Shown here: one piece after another, positions 45,154 to 54,535 of the stretch | How the letters are laid out: each line of letters starts with the position of its first letter | Position numbering within the stretch: the stretch's first letter is position 1 | NCBI GenBank assembly: GCA_050012475.1 | Contig: JBEKHC010000008.1 | Coordinates: 1 to 64,000, forward strand | Source of the DNA: Candidatus Velthaea sp. | Lineage (GTDB): Bacteria > Vulcanimicrobiota > Vulcanimicrobiia > Vulcanimicrobiales > Vulcanimicrobiaceae | Length of the DNA: 64,000 nucleotides | Direction of reading: 5' to 3' | Made by a program: the position numbers and the translations under genes | Notes under the pieces: model-generated | The model's input: only the letters and a program-made list of their open reading frames with translations | The model's database searches: none | Told to the model about the DNA's origin: nothing

Positions 45154-47121
45154 TCAGTTTTTCGCCTCGAGCGCGGCCGTCGCGGCATCGAGGGACGCGA
45201 CGGAGCGGCTGATCGCCGCCCCGATCGCGGCGCTCTCGCCGGTCCCCACGGCCGCGTCGAGGTCGGGGAATGGAAGTCCGGCGCCGGCCGTTCCATAGAG
45301 CAGGGTGTCGAGGGATTGCGCGGCGCGAAGCTCGCGCGCCGCCAGATTGCGCGGGCGCGCACTGGAGCGATCGAAGCCGTCTGCGGCGGCGTCGAAGCGG
45401 TCGATCGCGTGGGTGAGCGCCGGCCAGCCGGTCCGCAAATCGGGCCGCACGGACGGAGCGGCGCGGTTGGCGAGCCCGGTGCTGCCGGCCCTCAGCTGCG
45501 CGGTGTAGCCCGAAAACGCATAGGGGACGTAGTCGGCGTCGGCCAGCCGCAACGCAACGATTCCATAGAGTTGCGCTGCCGCGCGGTGGAGGCTGAAATC
45601 GGGGTCGCTGAAGCGCGCGGCATAGGCCAGGGTGTCGTCGCTGGAATCCCGGGCGGCGAACGGCCCGCGAAAATTCAGCGCGCCGACCGGTGTGCCGGTC
45701 GGGGTGAGAAACGGCACCACGTCGCTGCCGCCGGCCGGCATGTCGACGCGCGGCGCCCCGAGCGGCGCTTGCGCTGCCCAGCGGTCGTAGACGGTTCCGG
45801 CTCCGCCCGGATCGCGCACGGACCGGGCGGCATCGACGATGACCGGCGCGATCGCAGCGGCCGCGGCGGCTGCGATCGCCGATCCACTGACGTTGGCATC
45901 CGCATTCAGATAGGCGAAACAGCCGCGCGCGAGTTCGAGGGTATGGCGCTGCGCGTAGGCCTGCGATCCGAGCAGTCCGATCTCGGCACCGTCCCAGCCC
46001 GCGATCACCAGCGTCCGCGCCGGGCGCCAGCCGCTGCGCAGCAGAAAGCCGAAGCCGCGCGCGACTTCCAGCATCGTGGCGATGCCGGCGCCGTTGTCGC
46101 CCGCACCGTAGACCCAGGCGTCGCGATGGGCGCCAAGCACGATGTTTTCGTCGCCGTGCAGGCCGGGGATCGTGCCGACCGTGTTCCACAGCGTCGTTGT
46201 TTTCCGATTGAGCTTGACGATCAGATGGACGCGGCCCGGACCGCGGCCCAAGGGGTACGCGACGGGCAGCGCGCCGCCCCAATCCGGCGGACCGGCGCTT
46301 CCATGCAGCGACCCGAGCAGTATCTGCGCGTTGGCCGCCGAGACCGGCAGCGTCGGAACGTGCATTGCCGGGCCGACCCAGCCGCGCTCGACCGCGCCAG
46401 GCGGACGCCACGGTCCGTTCGGATACGTCGGACCGCGCGCTGCGCCATCGTCCTTGGGATCGGAGTAGAAGATGATTCCGGCGGCGCCGTGGGCTTGAGC
46501 GCGCTCGGCCAACAGTCCGCGGAATTGGGCTCCGTAACGAATGAGCACGACGGCATCGCGGACGTCGACACCGGCGCGCGCGAGGCTCCGGTAGTCGGCG
46601 TCCAGCCCGCGATTGGCAAAGACGAGCGACGCGACGACGTCGCCGTCGCCGCTGCCGGCGTTGAACGGCAAACCGATGTCGCGCGTCTGCGTCGCGGGAT
46701 CGGCCGGGTCGCCCGCTTCCGCCAGCGCGAGCGCTACCGGGAAGGCGGAGTGCCGGCCGCGCCCTTTGCGCGGCGCGCCGTCTCGGGTTTGCGGGTCGAG
46801 TTCGACGACGAGTTCGCGCGGCGTATCGACGCGCGCGGTGAACGGTTCCAAGTCGGCACTGATGCCGGCCGCGCGCATGCGATCGCGCATCTCGATCGCC
46901 GACGCGTAGTCCGCCGGCGTTCCGGCGTAGTGCGGCCGTGCGGCGAACGCGGTTACTATTTCGAGCGTGCTTTGCGCGCTCGGGATGTCGCTGAACTGCG
47001 ACTCGATTTGCCGTTCGCCTGCGCTTTCGCCTGGCGTGTACCCGCGCAGTGTCGCAGGTCCGGCCGCAGCGAGCGACGCCAGGCTCAAACCGACGAACGC
47101 TACGGTCCGCAGAGGCTCCAT
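45154..47121 (-). CDS. M28 glutamate carboxypeptidase II/transferrin-receptor-like protein (PA + M28), catalytic Glu substituted
   Basis: PHYAGT, IRYG..FRG, IIFYSDP.DDG, GAHRDAW, GAGDNGAG, WDGAEIGLLGS, YLNAD, GGSD; signal peptide. Confidence 0.88.
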   Translation of the reverse strand: MEPLRTVAFVGLSLASLAAAGPATLRGYTPGESAGERQIESQFSDIPSAQSTLEIVTAFAARPHYAGTPADYASAIEMRDRMRAAGISADLEPFTARVDTPRELVVELDPQTRDGAPRKGRGRHSAFPVALALAEAGDPADPATQTRDIGLPFNAGSGDGDVVASLVFANRGLDADYRSLARAGVDVRDAVVLIRYGAQFRGLLAERAQAHGAAGIIFYSDPKDDGAARGPTYPNGPWRPPGAVERGWVGPAMHVPTLPVSAANAQILLGSLHGSAGPPDWGGALPVAYPLGRGPGRVHLIVKLNRKTTTLWNTVGTIPGLHGDENIVLGAHRDAWVYGAGDNGAGIATMLEVARGFGFLLRSGWRPARTLVIAGWDGAEIGLLGSQAYAQRHTLELARGCFAYLNADANVSGSAIAAAAAAAIAPVIVDAARSVRDPGGAGTVYDRWAAQAPLGAPRVDMPAGGSDVVPFLTPTGTPVGALNFRGPFAARDSSDDTLAYAARFSDPDFSLHRAAAQLYGIVALRLADADYVPYAFSGYTAQLRAGSTGLANRAAPSVRPDLRTGWPALTHAIDRFDAAADGFDRSSARPRNLAARELRAAQSLDTLLYGTAGAGLPFPDLDAAVGTGESAAIGAAISRSVASLDAATAALEAKN

Positions 47122-47193
47122 CTGCGCCGCCGGTTCGTGTTTGCGGCGCATCCGTCCCCGTGGTTGGCGCGCACATCCGGGTATGACGCGCAC

Positions 47194-48336
47194 ATGCGGG
47201 TAACGATCGTCGGTGCCGGACCGGCCGGCGGGGCTGCGGCGATAACGCTGGCGCGGCACGGCGCGACGGTCCGGCTGCTCGAACGCAGCGCGTGGCCGCG
47301 CGCGAAAACGTGCGGCGACGGGATTTCGCCCGACTCGGTACGGATCGCCACGGAACTCGGCATCGATCTGACCGACCGGCTTGCGCTCGAAGTCGGGACG
47401 ATGAGCGCGCCCAGCCGGGCCGCGATATCGAGCGGCTGGCCGGCGGCGACGCCCTGGGGGACGATCGTCGAACGGCGTGACTTCGACGCCCGGCTCGTCG
47501 ACGCCGCGGTCGCGGCCGGCGCCGGATTCGAACCGCGCACGACCGTGCGCGAGATCATCCCGACGGTCGACGGCGCGCGCGTCGGCGTGCGCGGTGCCAG
47601 CGGGGTCGATGCGTGCGAAGACGCCGATGCCGTGCTGTTGGCCGAGGGCGCGACCGGCGGTTTGGGCGCCGCGCTCGGTTTCGGCCGTCATCGCTCGCGC
47701 CTGGTTGCGCTGCGCGGCTACGTCCGCAGCGACATCGATTTGGATGCGGCGTTCGGACTGCACTTCGATGCGAGCGTGGTGCCCGGTTACGCGTGGATTT
47801 TTCCGCTCAGCCGGCGCCACGCCAACGTCGGCATTCTCGTCGACGAGCGTTTCTCGCGTTCGCACGACCTGCGCGGCATTCTCGATGGGTGGCTGCGCGA
47901 CAGCCCGTTCGCTCGTCGCCAATTGGGAAGCCGGCCGGTGGTCGAAGCGATGTCGGGCGGGGTGATCCCGACCGGACGCCGGCGGCGCACGCACGGCGCG
48001 GTGTTCGCCATCGGCGACGCCGCCGGTGTCGCCGATCCCTTTTCCGCTGAAGGCATCGCGCAAGCGATGTCGACCGGGCGGGCCGCTGCACACGCGCTGA
48101 TCGCCGCCGGCGGCGACAGCGCCGCCGCCGCACGCAGGTACCGGCGCGCGCTGCGGGCGTTCGACGCGCAGGCCCGCGCTTCGCGGCGCATGCGTCTGGT
48201 CTTCCCCTATGTCGTCGATCCGCTGACGCAACGCGGGGCAATCCGGCCGCGGCTCGCGCACCATCTTTCGAGCGAAGGGTTCTTCCGCAAGCAATCCGTC
48301 GCTGTATTCTTGTGGGGTATCGCTCGCGCATGGTAA
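47194..48336 (+). CDS. Geranylgeranyl reductase family FAD oxidoreductase
   Basis: IVGAGPAG, RAKTCGDGIS, RRDFDARL, GYAWIFP, IGDAAG.ADPFSAEGI. Confidence 0.9.
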   Translation: MRVTIVGAGPAGGAAAITLARHGATVRLLERSAWPRAKTCGDGISPDSVRIATELGIDLTDRLALEVGTMSAPSRAAISSGWPAATPWGTIVERRDFDARLVDAAVAAGAGFEPRTTVREIIPTVDGARVGVRGASGVDACEDADAVLLAEGATGGLGAALGFGRHRSRLVALRGYVRSDIDLDAAFGLHFDASVVPGYAWIFPLSRRHANVGILVDERFSRSHDLRGILDGWLRDSPFARRQLGSRPVVEAMSGGVIPTGRRRRTHGAVFAIGDAAGVADPFSAEGIAQAMSTGRAAAHALIAAGGDSAAAARRYRRALRAFDAQARASRRMRLVFPYVVDPLTQRGAIRPRLAHHLSSEGFFRKQSVAVFLWGIARAW

Positions 48337-49118
48337 CGCTGAAGAATCGGCTGGCAAAGCTCTTGATCGACCCCACGTTCCGGCATCCGGGGCTGCTCAA
48401 AGTCGTTTTCTCGATCGATGATGTGACGGGCATCGATCTGGTCAAGACGCTGGCGCCGTTCCGGCTGATGCCCGCGTCACGCAAGCTGTTCTCGCGGTGC
48501 TTCGCGCACTTTGTTTCGGGCGAGGAAATCTCGCTGGCCGCTTCGACGCAGCTCGCGGCGCTCGCCCCGGACCGCGCCGCGCACGACTATCTGCTCGTGC
48601 AGGCCGGTGAAGAGCGCCGGCATCTCGATCATTTCTGCGATAAGCTGTCGGCGTTCGGATTGGGCGAAACGGAACTCGAGCGTTTTCTGGCACCGAGTTT
48701 TACGGCTTTCGGCGCGGCGATCTCCGAGCGCATCGAGCGCGGCGATTACGTCGCCGGGATTATCGGCAACAACATCGTGGTCGAAGGCCTAGCGATCTGC
48801 CTGCTCGAGCTGGGCTGCGGCGACATGCGGGCCAATTCGGACGAGATCGCGGCCTTCATGGACTTCGTGCTCGAAGACGAACGTCATCACGTCCGCTTCG
48901 GCGAACGGATGCTCAAGCGGATGAACGAACGCGACCAAATCGACCGAGCGGCCGCCGAGGATTTCTACGGAATCATGTGGCAACTCGTGCGCAAGGCGAT
49001 CCACGAGATTCCCGACGTCCTCGATGCGATGGGCCTGGTACCGGCGACGCTGGAACGTGACGTGAAGACGTATTACGATCGCCGCTTTGCTGCAGCCGGG
49101 TTGACGTTCGCCGTCTAA
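48330..49118 (+). CDS. Ferritin-like diiron-carboxylate protein (R2lox/aldehyde-deformylating-oxygenase-like ligand pattern)
   Basis: FVSGEE ... EERRH ... IVVEGLA ... DERHHVRFGE; ATG overlaps the upstream stop (ATGGTAA). Confidence 0.85.
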   Translation: MVTLKNRLAKLLIDPTFRHPGLLKVVFSIDDVTGIDLVKTLAPFRLMPASRKLFSRCFAHFVSGEEISLAASTQLAALAPDRAAHDYLLVQAGEERRHLDHFCDKLSAFGLGETELERFLAPSFTAFGAAISERIERGDYVAGIIGNNIVVEGLAICLLELGCGDMRANSDEIAAFMDFVLEDERHHVRFGERMLKRMNERDQIDRAAAEDFYGIMWQLVRKAIHEIPDVLDAMGLVPATLERDVKTYYDRRFAAAGLTFAV

Positions 49119-49171
49119 GCTTTCCAGACATCCGGCTTCACTCACCCGAGCCGGGAGCCGATACGTTCGTC

Positions 49172-49438
49172 ATGACGCAGGGACCAGCGGTCAACGCCTA
49201 TGTGTTTGCCTTTTTCTTCGCAGCGAGTTTCTTGATCGGCGGAAAACGGCCGATCTTGACGCTCTCGACGCGCGTGCTGCTCGTCGTCGTGCTCGCGTTC
49301 GCGTTCGGTTACGTCCTCAGCGAACACACCGTTTGGCATTCTGTCTTGGGTGCGGCGGCGTTGATCCTCAACTTCGTTTTCATCGGCTTCGCTTCGATCG
49401 ACTACTGGAACTGGCACACGGGCAAAGCCTCGCGTTAA
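49172..49438 (+). CDS. Small membrane protein, about 3 TM, 88 aa
   Basis: Three hydrophobic stretches; same strand as, and directly after, the diiron gene. Confidence 0.65.
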   Translation: MTQGPAVNAYVFAFFFAASFLIGGKRPILTLSTRVLLVVVLAFAFGYVLSEHTVWHSVLGAAALILNFVFIGFASIDYWNWHTGKASR

Positions 49439-49831
49439 ACTCGCCGAAACGATCGGCGAAGACTCGGTCCTCCCTTAAAGCGAGTTTCTGACCGCCTCCG
49501 TTCCGGTCGCTCGATCGAACGTGACGATCGTGCAAGCCGTCGAGCTTCATGTTTGGGTTCGGCGCGCACTCGTGGTTCGCACGCCTTCGCGCCGGCCATC
49601 CACGGCATTCGACGGCGTTCGGCCGAGCGCAGCGCTGTCGCACGAACCCACCGTCTTGCGCCGCGGCGGATGGCCGGACGGGCGTTGACAGCACGGTGCT
49701 AAATTTCGCCGGCCCACTGCCCGATACGGTGGGGAGAAGAACCGTCCGGCACCAGCCGCGAACTGGACCGGGCGGTGCTCGGCTGCTGTGTTATCGGCGG
49801 CGAGCCGTATTTCAACTTGTAGGCGAACGTC

Positions 49832-50977
49832 ATGTGGATCGAACAGACGCGGTGGGACGCCGGCGTGGGTTGGCTGTCGAATGCGACCTTACCGAACTCG
49901 AACGCGGATTTGGTTCTGTACTTTGGCAACCGCGATGCCCTGCGCTGCCCGGATCGGTATGCCGAGCTGCGCGCGGCATATCCCGGCGCGAAGATCGTCG
50001 GCTGCTCCGCGATGCGCAGCATCGTCGGCGATGCCATGCTCGAGAGTGGAATCGTCGCAGTCGCCCTGGGCTTCGCCCGCACGGCGGTTCGGATCGCCCA
50101 GGCGCACGTCGCCGAGCCGTCACGATCGGCGGCTGCCGGCGAAGTGCTCGGAGCAGCGCTGGCTGCCGACGACCTCGTCGGCGTTTTCGTGCTCGCCGAC
50201 GGGCTGCGCGTCAACGGCAGCGACGTGACCGCGGGTCTGCACCGGGCTCTCGGAGTCGGGCCGATGGTCATCGGCGGCATGGCCAGCGATTCGCTGGACT
50301 ACACCGAAGTGCTCATCGGGGCTGATTGTGCAGCGCGGAGCGGCATGGTTGCGGCGGTCGGCTTTTACGGTGAGGCGATCCGGTTCACGCACGGACGGGG
50401 CAGCGGTTGGGATGCTTTCGGACCGCGACGGTCGATCACGCGATCGGCGGGCAACGTACTGTACGAGCTCGACGGGAAGTCGGCATTCGCGTTGTATCAG
50501 CGATACCTCGCCGAGGAGATGAGGGCCGGCATACCGGCGATGGTGTTGTTTCCGCTCGTCGTTTCGCCCCCCGATCATCCGGATGGTGCGATCGTGCGGG
50601 CGAACATCGGCGTCGATGAGGCGACCGGTGCGATGACGTTTGCCGGCAATGTGCCCGAAGGCTGGACCGCGCGCTTGATGCGCGGCAACATCGAACGGCT
50701 GATCCTCGCCTCGGCGGAGGCCGGACGGCAGGCGTGCGCCGCGTCCGCAAAACCCGGGACACAACGTCTGGCACTCATCGTTGGCTGCGGCGGTCGTCAA
50801 CTCTTGATGGGGCAGCGCACCGAGGAAGAACTCGAGGCTGCCGGCGCGATGCTCGGCGACACGAAGCGCATCGGATTCTATTCGTATGGCGAGATCGCCC
50901 CGACGTCTGAGCGCGGCTTATCCGACGTTCACAACCAGACGATGACCATTACGAGCCTCCACGAAGTCGACGACTGA
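49832..50977 (+). CDS. FIST-domain signal transduction protein (FIST_N + FIST_C, NosP-like)
   Basis: VGCS, DGLRVNGS, GGMA.D, GWDAFG.RR.ITRS.GNVLYELDG, CGGR, GFYSYGEI, HNQTMTIT. Confidence 0.92.
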   Translation: MWIEQTRWDAGVGWLSNATLPNSNADLVLYFGNRDALRCPDRYAELRAAYPGAKIVGCSAMRSIVGDAMLESGIVAVALGFARTAVRIAQAHVAEPSRSAAAGEVLGAALAADDLVGVFVLADGLRVNGSDVTAGLHRALGVGPMVIGGMASDSLDYTEVLIGADCAARSGMVAAVGFYGEAIRFTHGRGSGWDAFGPRRSITRSAGNVLYELDGKSAFALYQRYLAEEMRAGIPAMVLFPLVVSPPDHPDGAIVRANIGVDEATGAMTFAGNVPEGWTARLMRGNIERLILASAEAGRQACAASAKPGTQRLALIVGCGGRQLLMGQRTEEELEAAGAMLGDTKRIGFYSYGEIAPTSERGLSDVHNQTMTITSLHEVDD

Positions 50978-50981
50978 TCGC

Positions 50982-51752
50982 ATGCACCCGCTTCTCGAAC
51001 GGCAAATCGCGCGGGCGACGCGTCCGTCGGGCGACCTCGATGTCGCCGTTCTGCTGCAGCTCGTCGATGCCGCTTATGCGGAATCGGACCGTGAACGTGA
51101 GCGCAACGACCGTGCCGCATTGCTCACCTGCGAAGAGATGGACAAGCTCAACGAGGAGCTGCGCAAACTCGCTCATCACGATATGTTAACCGGATTGCCG
51201 AACCGCCTGGCCTTTGCCGACTTTGTCCGGCGCGCGGCCGGTCGGGCGAAACAGGGTGAACGGTTTGCTATTCTGCTCGTCGATCTCGACCGCTTCAAAG
51301 CCGTCAACGATATGCTTGGCCACGCGATGGGCGACGCGCTGCTATGCGAAGTCGCGGCGCGGCTGCGTCGTGCCGTTCGTGAAGGCGACCGAGTCGCCCG
51401 AATGGGCGGCGATGAGTTTGCAATCCTCGTCGACGGCTCCGGTCTGCCGGAGAGCGCCGAACAGTTGGCGCACCGGCTCGTGCGCTCGGTGGGTGCGCCT
51501 TATGTCATTCGCGGCTGCGCGATGGCGGTCGGCGCGTCCGTCGGAGTCGCCGTTGGCGATCCCGGTGACCATGATCCCGACCTGCTGTTGCGCAACGCCG
51601 ACATCGCGCTATATCAGGCGAAGAACGAGGGCCGCAGCACGTGGCGGGTCTACGCTGAGGATGCTGACGGCTGTGCATCCGATGGTTGGAGCGACTCGGC
51701 GTCGGAGGCCTCACCGGATCAAAACCAGACGGCGCTGCTTCCTCCCGCGTAA
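50982..51752 (+). CDS. Diguanylate cyclase (GGDEF)
   Basis: HDMLTGLPNR, DLDRFKAVND..GH..GD, RMGGDEF, ADIALYQAK..GR. Confidence 0.92.
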   Translation: MHPLLERQIARATRPSGDLDVAVLLQLVDAAYAESDRERERNDRAALLTCEEMDKLNEELRKLAHHDMLTGLPNRLAFADFVRRAAGRAKQGERFAILLVDLDRFKAVNDMLGHAMGDALLCEVAARLRRAVREGDRVARMGGDEFAILVDGSGLPESAEQLAHRLVRSVGAPYVIRGCAMAVGASVGVAVGDPGDHDPDLLLRNADIALYQAKNEGRSTWRVYAEDADGCASDGWSDSASEASPDQNQTALLPPA

Positions 51753-51761
51753 ATCAAGCGC

Positions 51762-52070
51762 TTGGAGCGTGACCCACGGTGGCGCAGGGGGCGGCCGATA
51801 TCGCAGGGCGGCCACCGCCGCAGCCGGTGCAAATGGTCATTCGGGGAAGAGCCGCGGGGCAGCCGCAACCGGGACGAAGGCGTAACCTATGAATCGGTCG
51901 TCGGGGAACTGCGTTCTCACGTGGACCCCGACCGTTACGGTGACCTGACCGATGAGTTCGAGCAAATGTATTCGGCCGAGGCGTTCCCGGGCAACGGCAG
52001 CGTTATCATGTGCGGGGATATCGACGATCTATTGATCGAGATGGTACGCTACCTCGTCACCCGCAACTAA
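51762..52070 (+). CDS. Possible small hypothetical protein or gene fragment
   Basis: Acidic C-terminal half looks protein-like; start doubtful. Confidence 0.3.
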   Translation: MERDPRWRRGRPISQGGHRRSRCKWSFGEEPRGSRNRDEGVTYESVVGELRSHVDPDRYGDLTDEFEQMYSAEAFPGNGSVIMCGDIDDLLIEMVRYLVTRN

Positions 52071-52110
52071 CGCCGCGACTCGGCGCTCAGAGACGCCTCC
52101 TCGGACCATC

Positions 52111-52182
52111 GGGAAACCACCGCGGCTCGGCCCCAAAGATTCCGAACGCCACGCGGCTCGGCCCGGAGGGCCGAACGCCACG
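52111..52182 (+). repeat. Short degenerate tandem repeat (29-31 nt period)
   Basis: CGCGGCTCGGCCC at 52121 and 52152; CCGAACGCCACG at 52142 and 52171. Confidence 0.55.
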
Positions 52183-52185
52183 GGT

Positions 52186-53289
52186 TCAGCGCAGCTGGAC
52201 CCTGCCTAGCGCGGCGAGCAAGGCTGCGCTTTCGGCATCCAAGTGCTGTTCGAATACCTTGGGATGCGTGAGATAGAACAGGCACATCGCGCGCAGCACG
52301 AAGGCGTGCCATTCGCCGTTCTGCAGCGTGCGCACGCCTGAGGCCGTCGCGGTCAACAATCGCCGCACGCGGCTGACCGCTTCGGCGCTCGAGGCATAGC
52401 AGGCGACGAAATTGAGTTCGCGGTGTTCGCGGTCTTCGGCCTGATCGATGAAATAATCGAGCAGGATGTGCACGGCCGAGAGATTGGGAAAATACGCCGC
52501 GGTGGTCAGGTCGACCGCGTCGGGCGCCACGGTCTTTTGCGAGGCCAAATGCAGCAGCGCGAAGACCGGCATCGAGGAACCGCAGGCGGCGGCGAACTCC
52601 CACCAATACAGGTCCGGGAAGCGTTCGCGATTGCGTTCGTACCAAGCGTCGCAGTAGGCTGCGCCGGCTTTGGGTCCGGCATGTTTGAACGTCTGCAGTT
52701 GGGCGTAGTAGCCGGCGATCTCGACGAGCTGCGCGCGCACGGCGCCATAATTGGGCAAGGCGCCGATTCCGGCGCGCACGCACTCGACGAGCCGGCGCAA
52801 ATAGCCGCCGTCGTCGCGCGCCGGGCCGTCGCGATAATAATCGCCGATCGAGCGGCGATCGTCGAGCGCATCCAGCAACGCTTCGTGCAGCGTCGGATAG
52901 GCGGCGGCGGGAACGTTCGGCAAGCGATCGCACAGGTTGTCGAGGTAGTCGTAGATGGTTTCGAGCGGCGCGACGATGTCGACGTACCGCGCGGCCGCCT
53001 CGCCGTGCAAAAAGGTCGCGAGAATGCAGCCGCCTTGCACGTGATAGGCCTTGTCGGAGATCGAGGCGGTGGCTTGTTCGCGCAGGGCGCGGTCGGGGAT
53101 GGTGCGCGCGTCGACTTCGATTGCGCGCAGCACGCGCGACGCGCGCGGCACCACCGCGGTGAGAAAGCGGGCCATCGACGCCAAACCGCGCGGACCCAAG
53201 CCCAGCAGGCGGCGCAGCCGGGTCGGCGTGCGCAGCACGGTGCGCACGACGGTGTCGACGTCGCGCAGCAGCGAGCGATCAGATCCCAC
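52186..53289 (-). CDS. Tetraprenyl-beta-curcumene synthase family (YtpB/DUF2600) class I terpene synthase
   Basis: IPD..LREQA..SI..K.YH..GG, TIYDYLDNLCDR, DDGGYL..LV, WWEFAAACGS, HILLDYFIDQAEDR...ELNF. Confidence 0.88.
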   Translation of the reverse strand: MGSDRSLLRDVDTVVRTVLRTPTRLRRLLGLGPRGLASMARFLTAVVPRASRVLRAIEVDARTIPDRALREQATASISDKAYHVQGGCILATFLHGEAAARYVDIVAPLETIYDYLDNLCDRLPNVPAAAYPTLHEALLDALDDRRSIGDYYRDGPARDDGGYLRRLVECVRAGIGALPNYGAVRAQLVEIAGYYAQLQTFKHAGPKAGAAYCDAWYERNRERFPDLYWWEFAAACGSSMPVFALLHLASQKTVAPDAVDLTTAAYFPNLSAVHILLDYFIDQAEDREHRELNFVACYASSAEAVSRVRRLLTATASGVRTLQNGEWHAFVLRAMCLFYLTHPKVFEQHLDAESAALLAALGRVQLR

Positions 53290-54535
53290 CGACGAACCGT
53301 CCGGGTGCGAGCGTTGCGCTAGGATCGAAGCGGTCTTTGATCGCGCGCAGCATCGTCAGCGTCGCCGGCGCGGGACCCCACGCATCGACCTGGGCGCGCA
53401 GGCGGGGATCGCCGGCGAGCACCGTGATGCCCGGCAGCGCGGTACGCAGCTGGGCGTCGATCTCGCTCAGCAGCTCGGTGGTGTGGCGTGCCGACGAGCC
53501 CGCCAGGCGCACGATCGCGTCGCCGTTGCGTACGTCGGCGATGAAGTCGTAGCGGGCCTCGAACGAAAGTGCGATCGCGCGCGCGCTGTGTGCGCGCTGC
53601 CAGACCGTCGACGGGAGTCCCGCCGAACGGTAGGTGATCGAGCGGTCTTCGATCGGTTCGATGTAGGCGTCGATCGTGTCTTGCAGTACGGCTGCGGCCG
53701 CGCCGCCGTCGAAGAGCAGGGTTTCGGCAACACCGCTCTTGCCCAGGACCGAACGCAGGTCGCGGGTAGCCCGGTCGACGGCCGCCTCCGAGCCCTCGAA
53801 GATCGTGACCAGACGGGTGTCTTCTTCGTGGACGCGCGGCGTGCGCTCAAAAAACCCGTCGACGACCAGCGCCGCGGTTGGTTCGATCGTGAGTTGTCCC
53901 AGCGCGGCCAAGGCGCGCTGGCGGACCTCTTCGCCCAGCGGTGCGATCGCCAAACGCTGCGCGGGCGGCTGCGGGAGCGTCTTGAAATTGGCGCGGACGA
54001 TGATCCCCAGCGTGCCCAGCGAACCGACATAAAGTTTGCTCATGTCGTAGCCGGTCACGTTCTTGACGACCATGCCGCCGGCGCTCGCGAGGCTGCCGTC
54101 GGTCAGCGCCACGGTCGACCCGATGAGCAGGTCGCGCAGCTGGCCATACGTCGCGCGGCGCGGTCCGGCCCACCCCGCAGCCAGCGTTCCGCCAACGGTC
54201 GCGCGGCGCGGCAGCGGCGCGTCGAACGGGAGGAACTGCCGGGCCTGGGCGAGCGTGCCCGCGACGCTCTCGAGCGTGATGCCGGCTTCCAAACCGATCG
54301 TCAGATCGCGCGGACCGTAGGCCAAGACGCGGTCGAGCCGGCGCAAACAAATCGCGACGTCGTAGCGCCGCGGCGCGTTTCCCAGCGATTGCAGCGTTGA
54401 CCCGCCGAACGCGACGACGCCGTTGCCCGCCTCGGCTGCCGTCGCCAGCAACGCGGCGACGCGTTGCGGGTCGGCGGGTTCCTCAACGCGCGCCGGCAGC
54501 CGCGTTGCCAGCGCGAACGGATTCGAGGCGATCAC
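53279..54535 (-). CDS. glcE: Glycolate oxidase FAD-binding subunit GlcE-like
   Basis: DLTIGLEAG, TVGG, AGGMVVKNVTGYDMSKL.VGSLGTLG, IKDRFDP...LAPGR. Confidence 0.85.
   Translation of the reverse strand: MIASNPFALATRLPARVEEPADPQRVAALLATAAEAGNGVVAFGGSTLQSLGNAPRRYDVAICLRRLDRVLAYGPRDLTIGLEAGITLESVAGTLAQARQFLPFDAPLPRRATVGGTLAAGWAGPRRATYGQLRDLLIGSTVALTDGSLASAGGMVVKNVTGYDMSKLYVGSLGTLGIIVRANFKTLPQPPAQRLAIAPLGEEVRQRALAALGQLTIEPTAALVVDGFFERTPRVHEEDTRLVTIFEGSEAAVDRATRDLRSVLGKSGVAETLLFDGGAAAAVLQDTIDAYIEPIEDRSITYRSAGLPSTVWQRAHSARAIALSFEARYDFIADVRNGDAIVRLAGSSARHTTELLSEIDAQLRTALPGITVLAGDPRLRAQVDAWGPAPATLTMLRAIKDRFDPSATLAPGRFVGGI

Noticed and set aside
45133..48357. Two mirror-image 1067-aa ORFs on opposite strands, suggesting giant fusions or a bidirectional gene
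   Set aside because: They are in codon register. Each is one real gene (GGR on +, M28 on -) extended by the antisense shadow of the other; in-register antisense frames often stay open in high-GC DNA.
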